Positions 18,354 through 28,589 of a stretch of 64,000 bases of DNA are shown one piece after another (within the stretch, counting starts at the first letter, position 1; each line of letters starts with the position of its first letter). The notes under the pieces are model-generated. The model was not told the DNA's origin and searched no databases. It saw only the letters and a list, made by a program, of their open reading frames with translations. Source of the DNA: Candidatus Caldarchaeum sp. (GTDB lineage: Archaea > Thermoproteota > Nitrososphaeria_A > Caldarchaeales > Caldarchaeaceae); the NCBI GenBank assembly GCA_038844785.1, contig JAWBRA010000002.1, positions 1 to 64,000 on the forward strand, written 5' to 3'. The position numbers were made by a program, and so were the translations under genes.

Positions 18354-19669
18354 GCTCTCACAAAATCTTCCAAGAACTGGCGGCCTTCTTCAGAGAGTGT
18401 GGGGTACAGCTCCTCGAGGCTCGTGTATATTTCTGATGATTTCAAGTATGTACGCAGGTCTTTTGAGACAGAGGCACGCTCCCCCTCGATGAGGTGTTTG
18501 ACAAAGTCTGCCACGTATGTGAAGCTCCTTTTCCGCAGCGAATACAGTCTATCCCCTTCAACCCACGGGTATGCCGCCAAATCCTCCTTCCGCGTTTGCT
18601 CCTCTACGAAATCGACTGCGTTTTTGCTCCACACTGGAGGGCCTTTGTGGAGATAAACTTTCGGAAGATGTAGAGACTCCAGCTCAAAAACCAGCAGGGC
18701 TTTCTCACCCTCAAACCATCTGTCCCATCTATAGGGTTTGAAGCCGTAGTTCGATAAAGCCCTCGCCAGACCTTCGAGGGTTTTGCTCAACTCTCCCCAA
18801 AGCACGTCAGGCGGTCTTTGTGGGACGTTTATGCTGACAGCAAGGAAACACCTGCCTTCTGAACCAGGTTTCAGCAACGTCCTCCCTAGGAAATAAGCTT
18901 CCGAAGGTTTTTTCAAAAATAGTTTCGACTTCATGATAAATTTTGAAAGGGTTGTTAGGGAGACAGCGGCTGCAGCGTTCCTGCTTTTGTCAACTGGGTC
19001 GGGTAGTATGATGACTGACTCTGGCTGGACAACTTTTACAGCGTCAAGGACAACCGGCGGCCTCCATCCAGAGGCCTGTTTAACAAGCTCAAGGAAAGAA
19101 CCATATTTTATGATCAAAAGCTCGCAAACGTAACCACTGAACCCTCTATTCTTTATCTCAGCCCCGTAAAGCTCGTCTTTCATCAAAAAAGCTTTAAGGA
19201 GACGAATCTCATCAGCCATCTTTTCGTCGATGATGCTTTTGACATAACGTGTGTGGTACGGTGTTCTGTCAACAGGCGTTATCCATTTACCGTACTCGGT
19301 GTCGTAGCAGGGTACTAGGTTAACCCTTACACCATCTAGGAAACCTTCTACGTATGGGTGGCTGGCATAACGGAGCTTGACGCTTCCTCCTAGTTTTTTT
19401 ACAAGTTCTGTGCCCCTCTTCAGCACCGCCTCCGCAGCCTTCTCAACAGGTGTTTCTGGCTTGAAATGGATGAAGATATCGACCTCTTCCCTCGACCTCA
19501 CCATGGTGCCTTTCGCAAAGCTTCCTTCGACAGAGGCTGTTCCAGGCCCGAACAGTTCTTCAACCCCTTCAACAAGCTTTTCAGCGTATGAGCTGGCTTT
19601 CTCCAAAGTCTCAGGCAACGGTCTCAACTGCTTCGCCAAATCCGTGAGCAGCTTTTCAACCTCTGTCAA
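18314..19669 (-). CDS. cca: Class I CCA-adding enzyme
   Basis: EGSFAKGT, YASHPYV, DRTPYH, YGAEI..GFSGY..ELL, DPVDKSRN. Confidence 0.95.
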   Translation of the reverse strand: MTEVEKLLTDLAKQLRPLPETLEKASSYAEKLVEGVEELFGPGTASVEGSFAKGTMVRSREEVDIFIHFKPETPVEKAAEAVLKRGTELVKKLGGSVKLRYASHPYVEGFLDGVRVNLVPCYDTEYGKWITPVDRTPYHTRYVKSIIDEKMADEIRLLKAFLMKDELYGAEIKNRGFSGYVCELLIIKYGSFLELVKQASGWRPPVVLDAVKVVQPESVIILPDPVDKSRNAAAAVSLTTLSKFIMKSKLFLKKPSEAYFLGRTLLKPGSEGRCFLAVSINVPQRPPDVLWGELSKTLEGLARALSNYGFKPYRWDRWFEGEKALLVFELESLHLPKVYLHKGPPVWSKNAVDFVEEQTRKEDLAAYPWVEGDRLYSLRKRSFTYVADFVKHLIEGERASVSKDLRTYLKSSEIYTSLEELYPTLSEEGRQFLEDFVRACPNFIAQYCSLQ

Positions 19670-20217
19670 AGGTTTCGCACCATTATATCTGAGTAGATTG
19701 GGCCTGAGGATGTCAACACGCTTTTCTTTAAAGCTATTCTGTCAACCCGCTGGCTGCCGAAAAATGTTTTTGAATTTCTGTTGACAACATCCAGCAACGC
19801 ATTTCTGTCCTTCACGAATTTTACTCGGCAGATGGTTAGATGTGGTGTAAACTTCTCTTTTTCAAGCCTCATCCTCACTAAGCTTTTCTCAAGCTTGTTG
19901 TGTATTTCTTCGAGTTTTTCAGCACCTTCCGCAACGCCGACCCAGATGACGTTGATCCTCCCACCTCCGGGGAAATATCCGAGGCCTGTAAAAGATATCG
20001 TGAAGGGTGTTGCCTCAATTTTTCTAAGGGCTTCCGAAACCATTTCAACTTCTGCATCGCTTATTTCGCCCAGAAAACGGAGTGTAAGATGAAGGTTTTC
20101 CGGTTCAACGAGTTTCAACCCGTTACCCCCAACGCGTGACAGCTCACTCTGAACACTCATAATCTGCTTAACAACATTCATGTCAACGACATCCACAGCT
20201 ATGAAGGCTCTAACCAT
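19666..20217 (-). CDS. thpR: RNA 2',3'-cyclic phosphodiesterase (2H family)
   Basis: RAFIAV, HLTLRFLG, PHLTICR, GPIY. Confidence 0.95.
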   Translation of the reverse strand: MVRAFIAVDVVDMNVVKQIMSVQSELSRVGGNGLKLVEPENLHLTLRFLGEISDAEVEMVSEALRKIEATPFTISFTGLGYFPGGGRINVIWVGVAEGAEKLEEIHNKLEKSLVRMRLEKEKFTPHLTICRVKFVKDRNALLDVVNRNSKTFFGSQRVDRIALKKSVLTSSGPIYSDIMVRNL

Positions 20218-20884
20218 CGGACCATCCTCTCTTAATCATGGTTAATTTTTTTGCCAGCTCGGTTGCAACGGCTTCAAGCATGCTGTCTGCATTTAGAACC
20301 GTTATAATAGAACCGACCAGCGCTCCCTCCAAAACCTTGTAATAATGCTGGACAAGCTCTTGAAGCTCTTCATCTCTCTCGAAAACCTGGTCGGAGCCCG
20401 CCTCTTTCTGAAAAGCCCTCTTTCTCCGCGTTTCTCGGTCCACTTCAACCAACACTGTGAGGTCGGGTTTGACGAACACGCCAGAGCCTAACTCCTCCAC
20501 AAGCCTGAAGAACTGCAAAAACCTCCCCTCGTCCACAGGCTTTCTAAACTGTTTGGAAACAAGAGCGAAGCCATACACGAGAGAGCAGACATAGTACCTG
20601 TCGATCAAAAGATACTCGGGACGTTTTTCTGCAGCGATTTTTTTCAGAACCGAGCTATCGTCTGCCGTGTTGGCTAGAAAGAGAAGCATGCGGGTAAAAG
20701 GGTCTGTCGAAGGCCTGTTTCCATATTCTTTAGCGAAAACACCCGTAGCTGTTTCGCTTGGTGTTTTATATGTTTCCACACTGTGTCCAAGTTTGATCAA
20801 CTTTGAGGCCGTCTCCTTCATAAGGGTGGTTTTTCCAGAGCCGTCAACCCCCTCCCACACGACTACGAAAGTGTTGTCCAGCAT
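20210..20884 (-). CDS. tmk: dTMP kinase
   Basis: EGVDGSGKTT, LLFLAN, IDRY, PDL. Confidence 0.85.
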   Translation of the reverse strand: MLDNTFVVVWEGVDGSGKTTLMKETASKLIKLGHSVETYKTPSETATGVFAKEYGNRPSTDPFTRMLLFLANTADDSSVLKKIAAEKRPEYLLIDRYYVCSLVYGFALVSKQFRKPVDEGRFLQFFRLVEELGSGVFVKPDLTVLVEVDRETRRKRAFQKEAGSDQVFERDEELQELVQHYYKVLEGALVGSIITVLNADSMLEAVATELAKKLTMIKRGWSDG

Positions 20885-21225
20885 CTATTGCAACCCTGTT
20901 AGTTCAGTATATTAAGGCGATGGCGTTTCCACCGGCCATATCGGATATGAACAACAATTCTGAGACAACTAGTTTTTATCTGTCAATAACCCAGACCGAT
21001 AACCTCCGACTACAGACAGTTCTTTCACATTCCGCTCGGTTGGGTCTTGTTTTGTATGGGTCTGGGTGTTTTGGACAGTCAAGGCGACGTATCCCATGGC
21101 TATTAGGATAGTCGCCCCTGAATCCAGCCCCCATATTTTCATATATTTTCCCAGTTGAACATGGCTTGAGGCTTTCTTGTTGAAAGTTTAAAAGATCCAA
21201 AAACCGCTGGAAAAACGTGGTTTAG

Positions 21226-21642
21226 ATGCCGGTCACCTTACGTGTGCGGGATGTTATGGACAAAAATATTGTCGAGCTTGATGAGAAGGCGACTGTTTTA
21301 GATGCCGTGAAAGCCATGCTGGACAACAACGTGTGGTCTCTGGTGGTGACACGTAACAAACTGCCGGTTGGAGTTGTAACCGAGAGGGATATCATCAGAC
21401 GATGCGTGGCCAAGGGCTGCTCCCTAAACATGCAACTCAGGGAAATAATGTCTTCCCCCCTTGAAACGATACCCCCAGAAGCCCCTATCGGCGAGGCTAT
21501 GGCTAAGATGGTGGAAAAAGGGATACGAAGGCTGTTCGTAGTTGAAGAAGGGAAGATAATAGGACGTGTAACACAGACGGAGCTGTTTGAAAACGTTCTG
21601 AACGTAATGATGACTCTTTCATCGCTAAAGTCCCAGCTTTGA
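21226..21642 (+). CDS. CBS-pair domain protein
   Basis: VRDVM, GVVTERDI, IMSSP, IRRL, GRVT. Confidence 0.9.
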   Translation: MPVTLRVRDVMDKNIVELDEKATVLDAVKAMLDNNVWSLVVTRNKLPVGVVTERDIIRRCVAKGCSLNMQLREIMSSPLETIPPEAPIGEAMAKMVEKGIRRLFVVEEGKIIGRVTQTELFENVLNVMMTLSSLKSQL

Positions 21643-22016
21643 AACTGGCCGTTAAAGTCACAGCAGCCGTCAACCCCACCGAGAGTGTGGAGAAGGTAGT
21701 CAAGGCTGTTTTGAACATCTTCCCTAAGGCATCCGTCGAGAAAGGGGATGGGAGGGTGACTGCCACTGTCGACTCGCTTGAGGGTTTGGAGAAGCTTCGC
21801 ATGATAATTAGGTCACGCCTTATAAGAAACACTGCAAGGATGCTGCTGTCGAAAAACCTCTCCGGAAACACTGTAACGTTTTACCTCAACAAACAAGCCG
21901 CTTACGCGGGAAGACTGTCCTTCTTCGAAGCAGGCGAAGTCATGGCTCTAGGCCCTATAGAGGTCCGGATAGAGTCGGACAACGTTGAAGAAACGATAAG
22001 ATGGCTTACCGAGTGA
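21639..22016 (+). CDS. UPF0201 putative RNA-binding protein
   Basis: VNPTESVEKVVKAVLNIFP, LNKQAAYAG, LGPI, WL. Confidence 0.85.
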   Translation: MKLAVKVTAAVNPTESVEKVVKAVLNIFPKASVEKGDGRVTATVDSLEGLEKLRMIIRSRLIRNTARMLLSKNLSGNTVTFYLNKQAAYAGRLSFFEAGEVMALGPIEVRIESDNVEETIRWLTE

Positions 22017-22914
22017 AGGGAACTATGTAGTAGTCTAGGTCTTCCGCCACATAGCTCTCAGGAAAAACCATCCTTGCCTCCCTGAGAAGCACCTCCGTGT
22101 CTTCATAGCGTGGACTTATGTGGAATAGGTAGAGACGTCTAACACCTGCGTTCAAAGCTGTTTCAGCCGCCTCGGAAGCCGTTGAATGCCCTTCCTCAAC
22201 AGCCTTGTTTTTTAGACTGTTGTCGAATGTTGAATCGTGGATGAGGACATCCGCTTTTCTAGCTGCTTCTAGCACGTTTTTACATGGGCGTGTGTCGCCG
22301 GTGTAGACGATTTTTCTCCCAGGACGGGGAGGGTCCATCGCTTCTTCAGGCGTTATTAACCTGTTGTTGAAAGTTATTGGTCTACCTTTCTGAAGCATTC
22401 CCCACAAAGGACCGCGCGGTACACCCAGAGAATCGAGAAATTCCTCACGCATCCTCCCAGGCCTAGGGGCTTCCTGCAAGACATATCCGAAAGAAAGTGC
22501 TGTATGCTCGGTTCTGAAGCACGTAACGGTCACTTCATCGACGTTTACTGCCTCGCCTGGGTTGATCTCTCTAACCTTCACCCTAAACCCAAGCTTTCCA
22601 AGCTGTGGAATCATAACCGCCTTTAAAAAGCCTGCGATTCCAGGCGGCCCGTTGACGTTAACATCTTCAGACCTACCGTTCATCGACAGCGTGAACAATA
22701 ATCCGGGAAGTCCAAGTACATGGTCTCCGTGGAGATGTGTTATGAAGATGTGGAGATTAGGCTTCATCCCAAGACCTGCATGGATCAGCTGTCTCTGAGT
22801 ACCTTCGCCGCAGTCAAACAGTATGAGGGAGGATTTGAGACGGACAGCTATAGACGGCAGCCCTCTCTTTTTAGATGGCATGCCTCCGCCTGTGCCTAGA
22901 AAACATATCCTCAT
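22006..22914 (-). CDS. rnz: Ribonuclease Z
   Basis: FLGTGG, DCGEGTQ, THLHGDH, exosite GVPRGP, YTGDT, HST, HISPRY. Confidence 0.95.
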   Translation of the reverse strand: MRICFLGTGGGMPSKKRGLPSIAVRLKSSLILFDCGEGTQRQLIHAGLGMKPNLHIFITHLHGDHVLGLPGLLFTLSMNGRSEDVNVNGPPGIAGFLKAVMIPQLGKLGFRVKVREINPGEAVNVDEVTVTCFRTEHTALSFGYVLQEAPRPGRMREEFLDSLGVPRGPLWGMLQKGRPITFNNRLITPEEAMDPPRPGRKIVYTGDTRPCKNVLEAARKADVLIHDSTFDNSLKNKAVEEGHSTASEAAETALNAGVRRLYLFHISPRYEDTEVLLREARMVFPESYVAEDLDYYIVPFTR

Positions 22915-22915
22915 C

Positions 22916-23956
22916 TCACTCAAGTCTTAACACCACAATTCTTCGTGTCAAGCTTTTGTGAACGTAGACGTCGTGGTGTTGGAGCGGTATGAACCCGACG
23001 GCCGCTTCCAAGAGGTTTTCATACTCTTCTTTAGGAACTATTATGGCTATCCTTGCTTTATCATGGAGTGCACCGCTGACTGCCTCGAAGAACTTTTTTA
23101 ACAAAGTTTTTAGGATGTGGCCGGCAAGGGTTGCAGACCTGCCGTACGGGGGGTCGGTTGCGACGGCGTCAAAGCCCGCTATGAAAGGAGGCCTTTTCGC
23201 ATCGCCTTGGACTATGTGGCAGACGGAAGGGCAGTATGGTTTGATGTTCAACGCCATCCCGTTTGATATCCACGTCTTCAGCTCAAGCCCGACAGCTTCA
23301 TGCCCCATAAGCCCAGCCTCAATCAATATAGCTCCAGAGCCTGCGAACGGGTCTAAAACCCTTGAATCTCTGCTTGAAACAGCTAGGTTGACGAGGCAGC
23401 GTGCGAGCTTGGGCTGAAGCGCTGAAGGTATTCGAAAAGGCTTCCTCCCCGCTCTGCGTGACTGGAAAAAATGTTTAGGTTTCGATGCTTTAGCTATCCC
23501 CGCCACGTAGGTTGTTGGTGAGACAAGCAGCACGAAGACGATGTCCGGCCTTTCCAGAGACACTCTCAGGTTCGGTAACGAAGACACCACGTATTCTGCG
23601 AAAGACCTCTCCATCTCCAAAGAGTTTACAATGGCTCCGCCTATTTTAACAACCTCAACACCAAACCCTAATGCATCGTTTGGAACAAGATTTTCCCAGC
23701 CAGCCGCCAAGTTCACCCCCTCTTTCTTCAGGTTGTCCACGGAGCCCAGGCCTATGATTAGCCCTGCCATTTTCGTAAGCGCTGCACGTTCGACTATCTC
23801 ACCGTGCAGATGTTGTGGAACATTCGCCGATGCTATTCTAGGGTTGATCAGCTCGAAAACGTCTAAATCGTTGACGATGGACAGAACCTGTCGAAGCTCG
23901 GCTGCTGAGAGCTCTGGGTTCTCTCCCGACAGAAGGAAAAAAGACCTTCCCAGCAT
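22916..23956 (-). CDS. THUMP-domain tRNA m2G10 methyltransferase (Trm11/TrmG10)
   Basis: LLSGENPEL, LDPFAGSG, TDPPYG, VHKSLTR. Confidence 0.9.
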   Translation of the reverse strand: MLGRSFFLLSGENPELSAAELRQVLSIVNDLDVFELINPRIASANVPQHLHGEIVERAALTKMAGLIIGLGSVDNLKKEGVNLAAGWENLVPNDALGFGVEVVKIGGAIVNSLEMERSFAEYVVSSLPNLRVSLERPDIVFVLLVSPTTYVAGIAKASKPKHFFQSRRAGRKPFRIPSALQPKLARCLVNLAVSSRDSRVLDPFAGSGAILIEAGLMGHEAVGLELKTWISNGMALNIKPYCPSVCHIVQGDAKRPPFIAGFDAVATDPPYGRSATLAGHILKTLLKKFFEAVSGALHDKARIAIIVPKEEYENLLEAAVGFIPLQHHDVYVHKSLTRRIVVLRLE

Positions 23957-23960
23957 AGCG

Positions 23961-24827
23961 TTAACCTAGCTGTGAAGCTAACAGGCCCGCCACAGACGCG
24001 ACAGCATAGGGGTTGGGTACAGTATCCGTAGTTATGATAAGATCCGCTCCCGCTGCAGAGATCTTTTCGTAGGCAGACCCGACGAACAAGCCGTGAACAC
24101 AGGCAACTATTATCCTTGAAGCACCCATGTTACGCAACAGCTGCACGCATTTCACCATAGTCTGCCCGGTGCTGATGACGTCGTCCACCAGGACGGTTTC
24201 CCTGCCTTTTGGGTCGGCGTCTGTTGACACCGTGACAGCGCCTGTCACAGGGTCTCTACGGCTCTCGATATGCCCGTAGCTGGTTTCCATGACGGATGCG
24301 GCTGATGCAGCCATCTCCAAGCCCTTCTTGCCCGGCGCAAGGATTAACGGTTTTTCAACACCAGCTTGCATAATGTACGTAGCTAGGAGGCCTGTCGCGT
24401 CTATGTTTTTCACGCGAACCGCTGCGTTGTCCAAAACCCATGGCGAATGTATGTTGACCGTCAACACCTCATTTATCCCCACCGCTTTCAAGAGTTTGAA
24501 GAGGGTTAGAATGCTTACAGCCTCGCCCTCCCTAAACCTTCTGTCCTGTCTAGCGTACGCCATGTAAGGGATCACGGCCCTTATCGACGCGGCCCCTAAG
24601 TCTTTCAAACAGTCCGCCATGAGAAGCAGCTGTGTTAGGTTCGTGTCTTGGGGAGGATGCAGGCCTTGGACTAGAACTACGTCCTCGCCAGCAACACCAT
24701 CCTCAAACCTTATGTAAGACTCGCCGTCGGGAAAAAGTTTATGCTCTACACCAACCGCCGGCACCTGAAGAATGGAGGAAAGCTTACCCGCCAGCTCGCT
24801 TGATGAAGGGCCTTTTACAATCTTCAA
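23961..24827 (-). CDS. prs: Ribose-phosphate pyrophosphokinase
   Basis: FPDGE, PYMAYARQD, LVDDVISTG, TDTV. Confidence 0.95.
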   Translation of the reverse strand: MKIVKGPSSSELAGKLSSILQVPAVGVEHKLFPDGESYIRFEDGVAGEDVVLVQGLHPPQDTNLTQLLLMADCLKDLGAASIRAVIPYMAYARQDRRFREGEAVSILTLFKLLKAVGINEVLTVNIHSPWVLDNAAVRVKNIDATGLLATYIMQAGVEKPLILAPGKKGLEMAASAASVMETSYGHIESRRDPVTGAVTVSTDADPKGRETVLVDDVISTGQTMVKCVQLLRNMGASRIIVACVHGLFVGSAYEKISAAGADLIITTDTVPNPYAVASVAGLLASQLG

Positions 24828-25052
24828 GCCAACGTTCTCTGCCGCGCCTCGTCTAAAAAATATTTTTGGGTTTATGTCTCAGCAAGCTAAGAAAAATACC
24901 TACACCTGAGCAAAAGCTTGGGGAAACCATCTGCTGTCAACATAGGATTTGGCCAGGATGTTCTGCAGAACGATTTCTTTATATCTGTGAGTCATTGGGT
25001 TATGTTTCCCTTTTAAGCAAGCCAGATGGTTGTTTTTAATCATGGTATGTTG

Positions 25053-25068
25053 GAAAATGCTTATATAC
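25053..25068 (+). promoter_or_regulatory. Putative BRE/TATA promoter
   Basis: GAAAATGC-TTATATA ending about 23 nt before the ATG at 25091. Confidence 0.5.
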
Positions 25069-25090
25069 AATTGCAGCATTGTGAGAACCC

Positions 25091-25240
25091 ATGCAGACCC
25101 AGGCTCAGGAAAAGACCATAGAGGAACTATACTTTCCAGTCTGTGAATCTACGCTGATGCCTGTCTCAGACGAATACACATACATCCACCACAACTCGAT
25201 ACAGGTTGGAGTTTTCAAATACATCGAGAAGGCACCTTAG
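25091..25240 (+). CDS. Small hypothetical protein (49 aa)
   Basis: MQTQAQEKTIEELYFPVCESTLMPVSDEYTYIHHNSIQVGVFKYIEKAP; TATA upstream; stop abuts the next ATG (TAG-ATG). Confidence 0.55.
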   Translation: MQTQAQEKTIEELYFPVCESTLMPVSDEYTYIHHNSIQVGVFKYIEKAP

Positions 25241-25975
25241 ATGAGCTACGGATACGATGAGTTCGAGTCGAAGCTCGGCCAGCTTATCTACACGCTGGTG
25301 ATGTATGAGAGGCTCAGGGAATATGTTCTGGAGAAGCTTAGAGGGAAAGACCGTCTCTCCGTCAGAATAAACCTTGGAAACGACAAATACGGAAACCAAG
25401 TTTTCATGGACGTGGTTATCACCTCTGTAAGGCAGCAGATATTCACCCAGCAGGTTGAGGCACGGCAGAGAAAATCAAAGAAATCACTTGTTCTAGTGTT
25501 GTCTAATGAAGAGGTTGCCGGTGAAAAAAGGCAGATTGCGGCTGAAATGGAGAAGCTCATAGTTGAGAGCCTTAAATGGTGGCATGGATACTTCGGTGAA
25601 AGAGACAAGCTAAGCCTTGATGCGTGGCGGAGCGAGAGGGCGGAAATTCTGGAGGGTGAGGTGGCGGGCAGTATCGTTGAGCTACCGGTCGACAGAATAA
25701 TCCCCCCGCCGCTAATACAGAATCTCAAGGAGGAGGAGCAGGAGGCTTTGGCAGAGTTTGCAGACATCCTAGGACCTATAGTCGTCAGGCCAACTGATTC
25801 AGACTTCTACGAGCTTGTTGGCGACATACGTTTGTTTGACGTGTTGGTGAACAGGCTTGGTTACGACCGTGTCAGGGCCCTTGTTTTAGACGTTGACGCA
25901 GAACGAGCAGCAAGAATAAGGGCGGAGATGCAGGACAAGGTAGATAAGCTTGTAAAAAAGATTGTAAACAGATAA
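25241..25975 (+). CDS. Hypothetical protein with a C-terminal degenerate ParB/Srx-like domain
   Basis: IVELPVDRIIP...LGPIVVRP..FYELVGDIRL..LGYDRVRALV. Confidence 0.65.
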   Translation: MSYGYDEFESKLGQLIYTLVMYERLREYVLEKLRGKDRLSVRINLGNDKYGNQVFMDVVITSVRQQIFTQQVEARQRKSKKSLVLVLSNEEVAGEKRQIAAEMEKLIVESLKWWHGYFGERDKLSLDAWRSERAEILEGEVAGSIVELPVDRIIPPPLIQNLKEEEQEALAEFADILGPIVVRPTDSDFYELVGDIRLFDVLVNRLGYDRVRALVLDVDAERAARIRAEMQDKVDKLVKKIVNR

Positions 25976-25978
25976 GCT

Positions 25979-26470
25979 ATGCCCGGTCTTTTGAGAAAGT
26001 TTCAAGGCGTGTTTACAGAAAGCCCGCCCAACTTCTCCATGTTTTCCGAAAAAATAGCCGCAAGCGGGCTGCCGAGCAGACGTAAGCACATCAGATATAT
26101 TAAGAACAGGGGTGTCTCAGCAATAATCAGCTTGACGGAAAAACCTTTGCCGAAAAACCTCGTTGAAAACGAGGGCGTCAAATACTTTCATTTTCCTCTG
26201 GAGGACCATAAGCCAGCCGACCCCCATGAACTTTTGAAAATAGTTAACACTATCCAGCGGCTTGTCGGCGATGGACAAAGGGTTTTGGTCCATTGCTTGG
26301 CTGGTTACGGGAGGACAGGAATGGTTTTGGCTGCCTATCTTATGAAGGCAGAGGGCTTGGGATGGGCGGAGAGCTTGGAGAAAACAAGGAAGCTCCGTCC
26401 AGGCTCTGTCGAGAAAAACCAGGAAAAAACACTCCAAGAATTTGAGAGCCTTATCAGAGCTGACTCTTGA
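25979..26470 (+). CDS. Dual-specificity/cysteine protein phosphatase
   Basis: VLVHCLAGYGRTG (CX5R), PLED, RPGSVE..Q. Confidence 0.95.
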   Translation: MPGLLRKFQGVFTESPPNFSMFSEKIAASGLPSRRKHIRYIKNRGVSAIISLTEKPLPKNLVENEGVKYFHFPLEDHKPADPHELLKIVNTIQRLVGDGQRVLVHCLAGYGRTGMVLAAYLMKAEGLGWAESLEKTRKLRPGSVEKNQEKTLQEFESLIRADS

Positions 26471-28589
26471 TAAGAGCTGCTATCTTCTCCCCTATGCTGG
26501 GAACCTGGGCTAGCTCATCAGGGGATGCTCTTCTAAGGTCCTCTAGCGTTCGGTAGCCTGAGTTGTAAAGGTTTCTCGCCCTGACTCTTCCAACACCTTT
26601 TAAAGCTGTTAGGGGAAGAAGCTCAGCCCTAACTCCGTGGGCAATCCTCTCAGAGAGTATCTCAAAAGCATGCTGCAAAACGGTCTTCTGCTCTATGGCC
26701 ATAAGCTGGGAGGCTGCGTACGCAATCCAGCTGCATCTCTCACGTAGAACAGCAAGGTCTCCTGGCTCAACTCCCATCTTCTCGTACAGCTCTCCTTCGC
26801 CAACCTCCTCTATCCAAGCCTTCATGAGAGCCGCGGTTTTAACCGACTCGAGGAAAAGGTCGTAGGCGTCTGGGTCTTCCGAGGGGTCTGGCACGTCGAA
26901 AAATGACTCGTAATTTTCGTTGACAAAGCTTTGAATCCTATAAGCTTCCATACGTTTCATCGGAATACCTGGCACCTCTGAGGTCATGCAAACTACCTGG
27001 AGCAAGCCGAGGTCGTCTATGTTCTTTGGCCTTTTTGAACAGGTTTTTAGGATTGTCAAGGCCGTCAAAGGGTCTATGTAAAGCTCAGACACACGTCTGC
27101 CGAGCTTTGTAGCCTCAAGCCTCTCACCATCTCTTACAAACCCGTTTGAGGACAGAAAGTCAACTACGTTATTGAGAGATTTTTCAAGAAGCCTTCCGCC
27201 AAATTGATAATGCGAAAAGGTTTTCATAAAAAAATTATGTAAGCGTTCGAAGCTGTGGATTTCTTCGCTGGCTATGACGGCCAGCACCTGAATTCTTAAA
27301 TGTCTTTCGCTGCCAAGCCTGGACCAAATCCTTTCAGGCTTACCTTTAACATATTTTTCCAGAACCATCTCGAACTCATCTTCGTTACGTGCGATTGTTA
27401 TTGCCTCGCCAAATGAATCATAGCCGGGTCTGCCAGCCCTTCCGCAGAATTGTTTATACTCTGTCACCGATATGCTTTTCAACCCCTCGCCCACCTCATA
27501 TCGTCTGAGCTCAGGTATTATGACTACGCGAGCCGGTAGGTTGACGCCCGCTGCAAGAGTTGGTGTTGCGCACAGCACCTTGAGATGCCTCTCCCTGAAA
27601 GCTTTCTCCACAACCCTTCTATGCGGTGCCGCTAGGCCTGCGTGATGGAAGCATGCACCATCTTTCAAAAGCATGGCAACCCTTTCGGTGAATGCGGAAA
27701 ACTCGGTGGACTGAAGAAGGTCTGCCGCAGCATCTGAAAGATAGGCTTTATCAACACCATTTAAAAGATCGTTCTGGCTGAGGGTTGAGGCTGCTCTCTC
27801 AGCAAGCTGCTCAGCCCTTCTCCTAGTGTTGGCGAAAATTATGACCTGGCCGCCTTCCATCACCGTTTGAAGCGCGATAGATATTGCTGGGTTATAGTCA
27901 TGCTCGGCAACAATTTTTCTCACCCTATCGCTGTACACAATCTCTCCCCTGAGATAGATGCCTTCACGAAGCGGGACCGGTCTCCAGTCCATGGCTATTA
28001 GATCAGCCCCAAGCCATTCCGCCAGCTCTCCAGCGTTTGGAGCCGTTGCGCTCAAAGCGAGTAGCTGAGCTTTCGGGTTGCTGGCCGTCAGCCTTGTCAA
28101 AGTCATTTCGAGAGTGGGCCCTCTGTCGGGTTCGCCCAGCAAGTGTATTTCATCCGCCACGATCAGGGAGATCTTGTTTATCCAAGCAGCCCTGTGTCTC
28201 ATCAAGCTGTCGGCCTTCTCGTTTGTCGCAACTATGACATCGTATGATTCCAGCCACGGGTCTGCGGAGTCGTAGTCTCCCGTGCTGGCCACAACACGGT
28301 ATTCACCGCCCAGAAAACGGCTGAACTCGTCAAGTTTTTCCGCGGCAAGAGCTCTTAAGGGAGTTAAGTATAGAACTTTACCACCATCCACAAGATGTTT
28401 GTAGGCGGCCATCAAGGCTATGAGGGTTTTTCCAGAGGCGGTTGGCGTCGCAACCATCAAACGCCTACCTTCGAGAAGACCTTTTCTCAAAGCCTCCGAC
28501 TGCGGCGGATAGAAATGTTTCACCCCATATCTTTCGAGAGCCTCCCTGAGGTAAGGCGGAAGCTCTTCTAAGTCCCCGTAACGGGTCAT
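26454..28589 (-). CDS. hel308: Ski2-like DNA helicase Hel308
   Basis: PTASGKT, DEIH, LSAT, HHAGL, GVNLPA, GRAGRP, C-terminal HhH. Confidence 0.95.
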   Translation of the reverse strand: MTRYGDLEELPPYLREALERYGVKHFYPPQSEALRKGLLEGRRLMVATPTASGKTLIALMAAYKHLVDGGKVLYLTPLRALAAEKLDEFSRFLGGEYRVVASTGDYDSADPWLESYDVIVATNEKADSLMRHRAAWINKISLIVADEIHLLGEPDRGPTLEMTLTRLTASNPKAQLLALSATAPNAGELAEWLGADLIAMDWRPVPLREGIYLRGEIVYSDRVRKIVAEHDYNPAISIALQTVMEGGQVIIFANTRRRAEQLAERAASTLSQNDLLNGVDKAYLSDAAADLLQSTEFSAFTERVAMLLKDGACFHHAGLAAPHRRVVEKAFRERHLKVLCATPTLAAGVNLPARVVIIPELRRYEVGEGLKSISVTEYKQFCGRAGRPGYDSFGEAITIARNEDEFEMVLEKYVKGKPERIWSRLGSERHLRIQVLAVIASEEIHSFERLHNFFMKTFSHYQFGGRLLEKSLNNVVDFLSSNGFVRDGERLEATKLGRRVSELYIDPLTALTILKTCSKRPKNIDDLGLLQVVCMTSEVPGIPMKRMEAYRIQSFVNENYESFFDVPDPSEDPDAYDLFLESVKTAALMKAWIEEVGEGELYEKMGVEPGDLAVLRERCSWIAYAASQLMAIEQKTVLQHAFEILSERIAHGVRAELLPLTALKGVGRVRARNLYNSGYRTLEDLRRASPDELAQVPSIGEKIAALIKSQL

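Noticed and set aside
24830-25050. Weak direct repeats (TTGGGTT(T)ATGT) in the prs upstream gap
   Set aside because: Only two short imperfect copies with no regular spacing.
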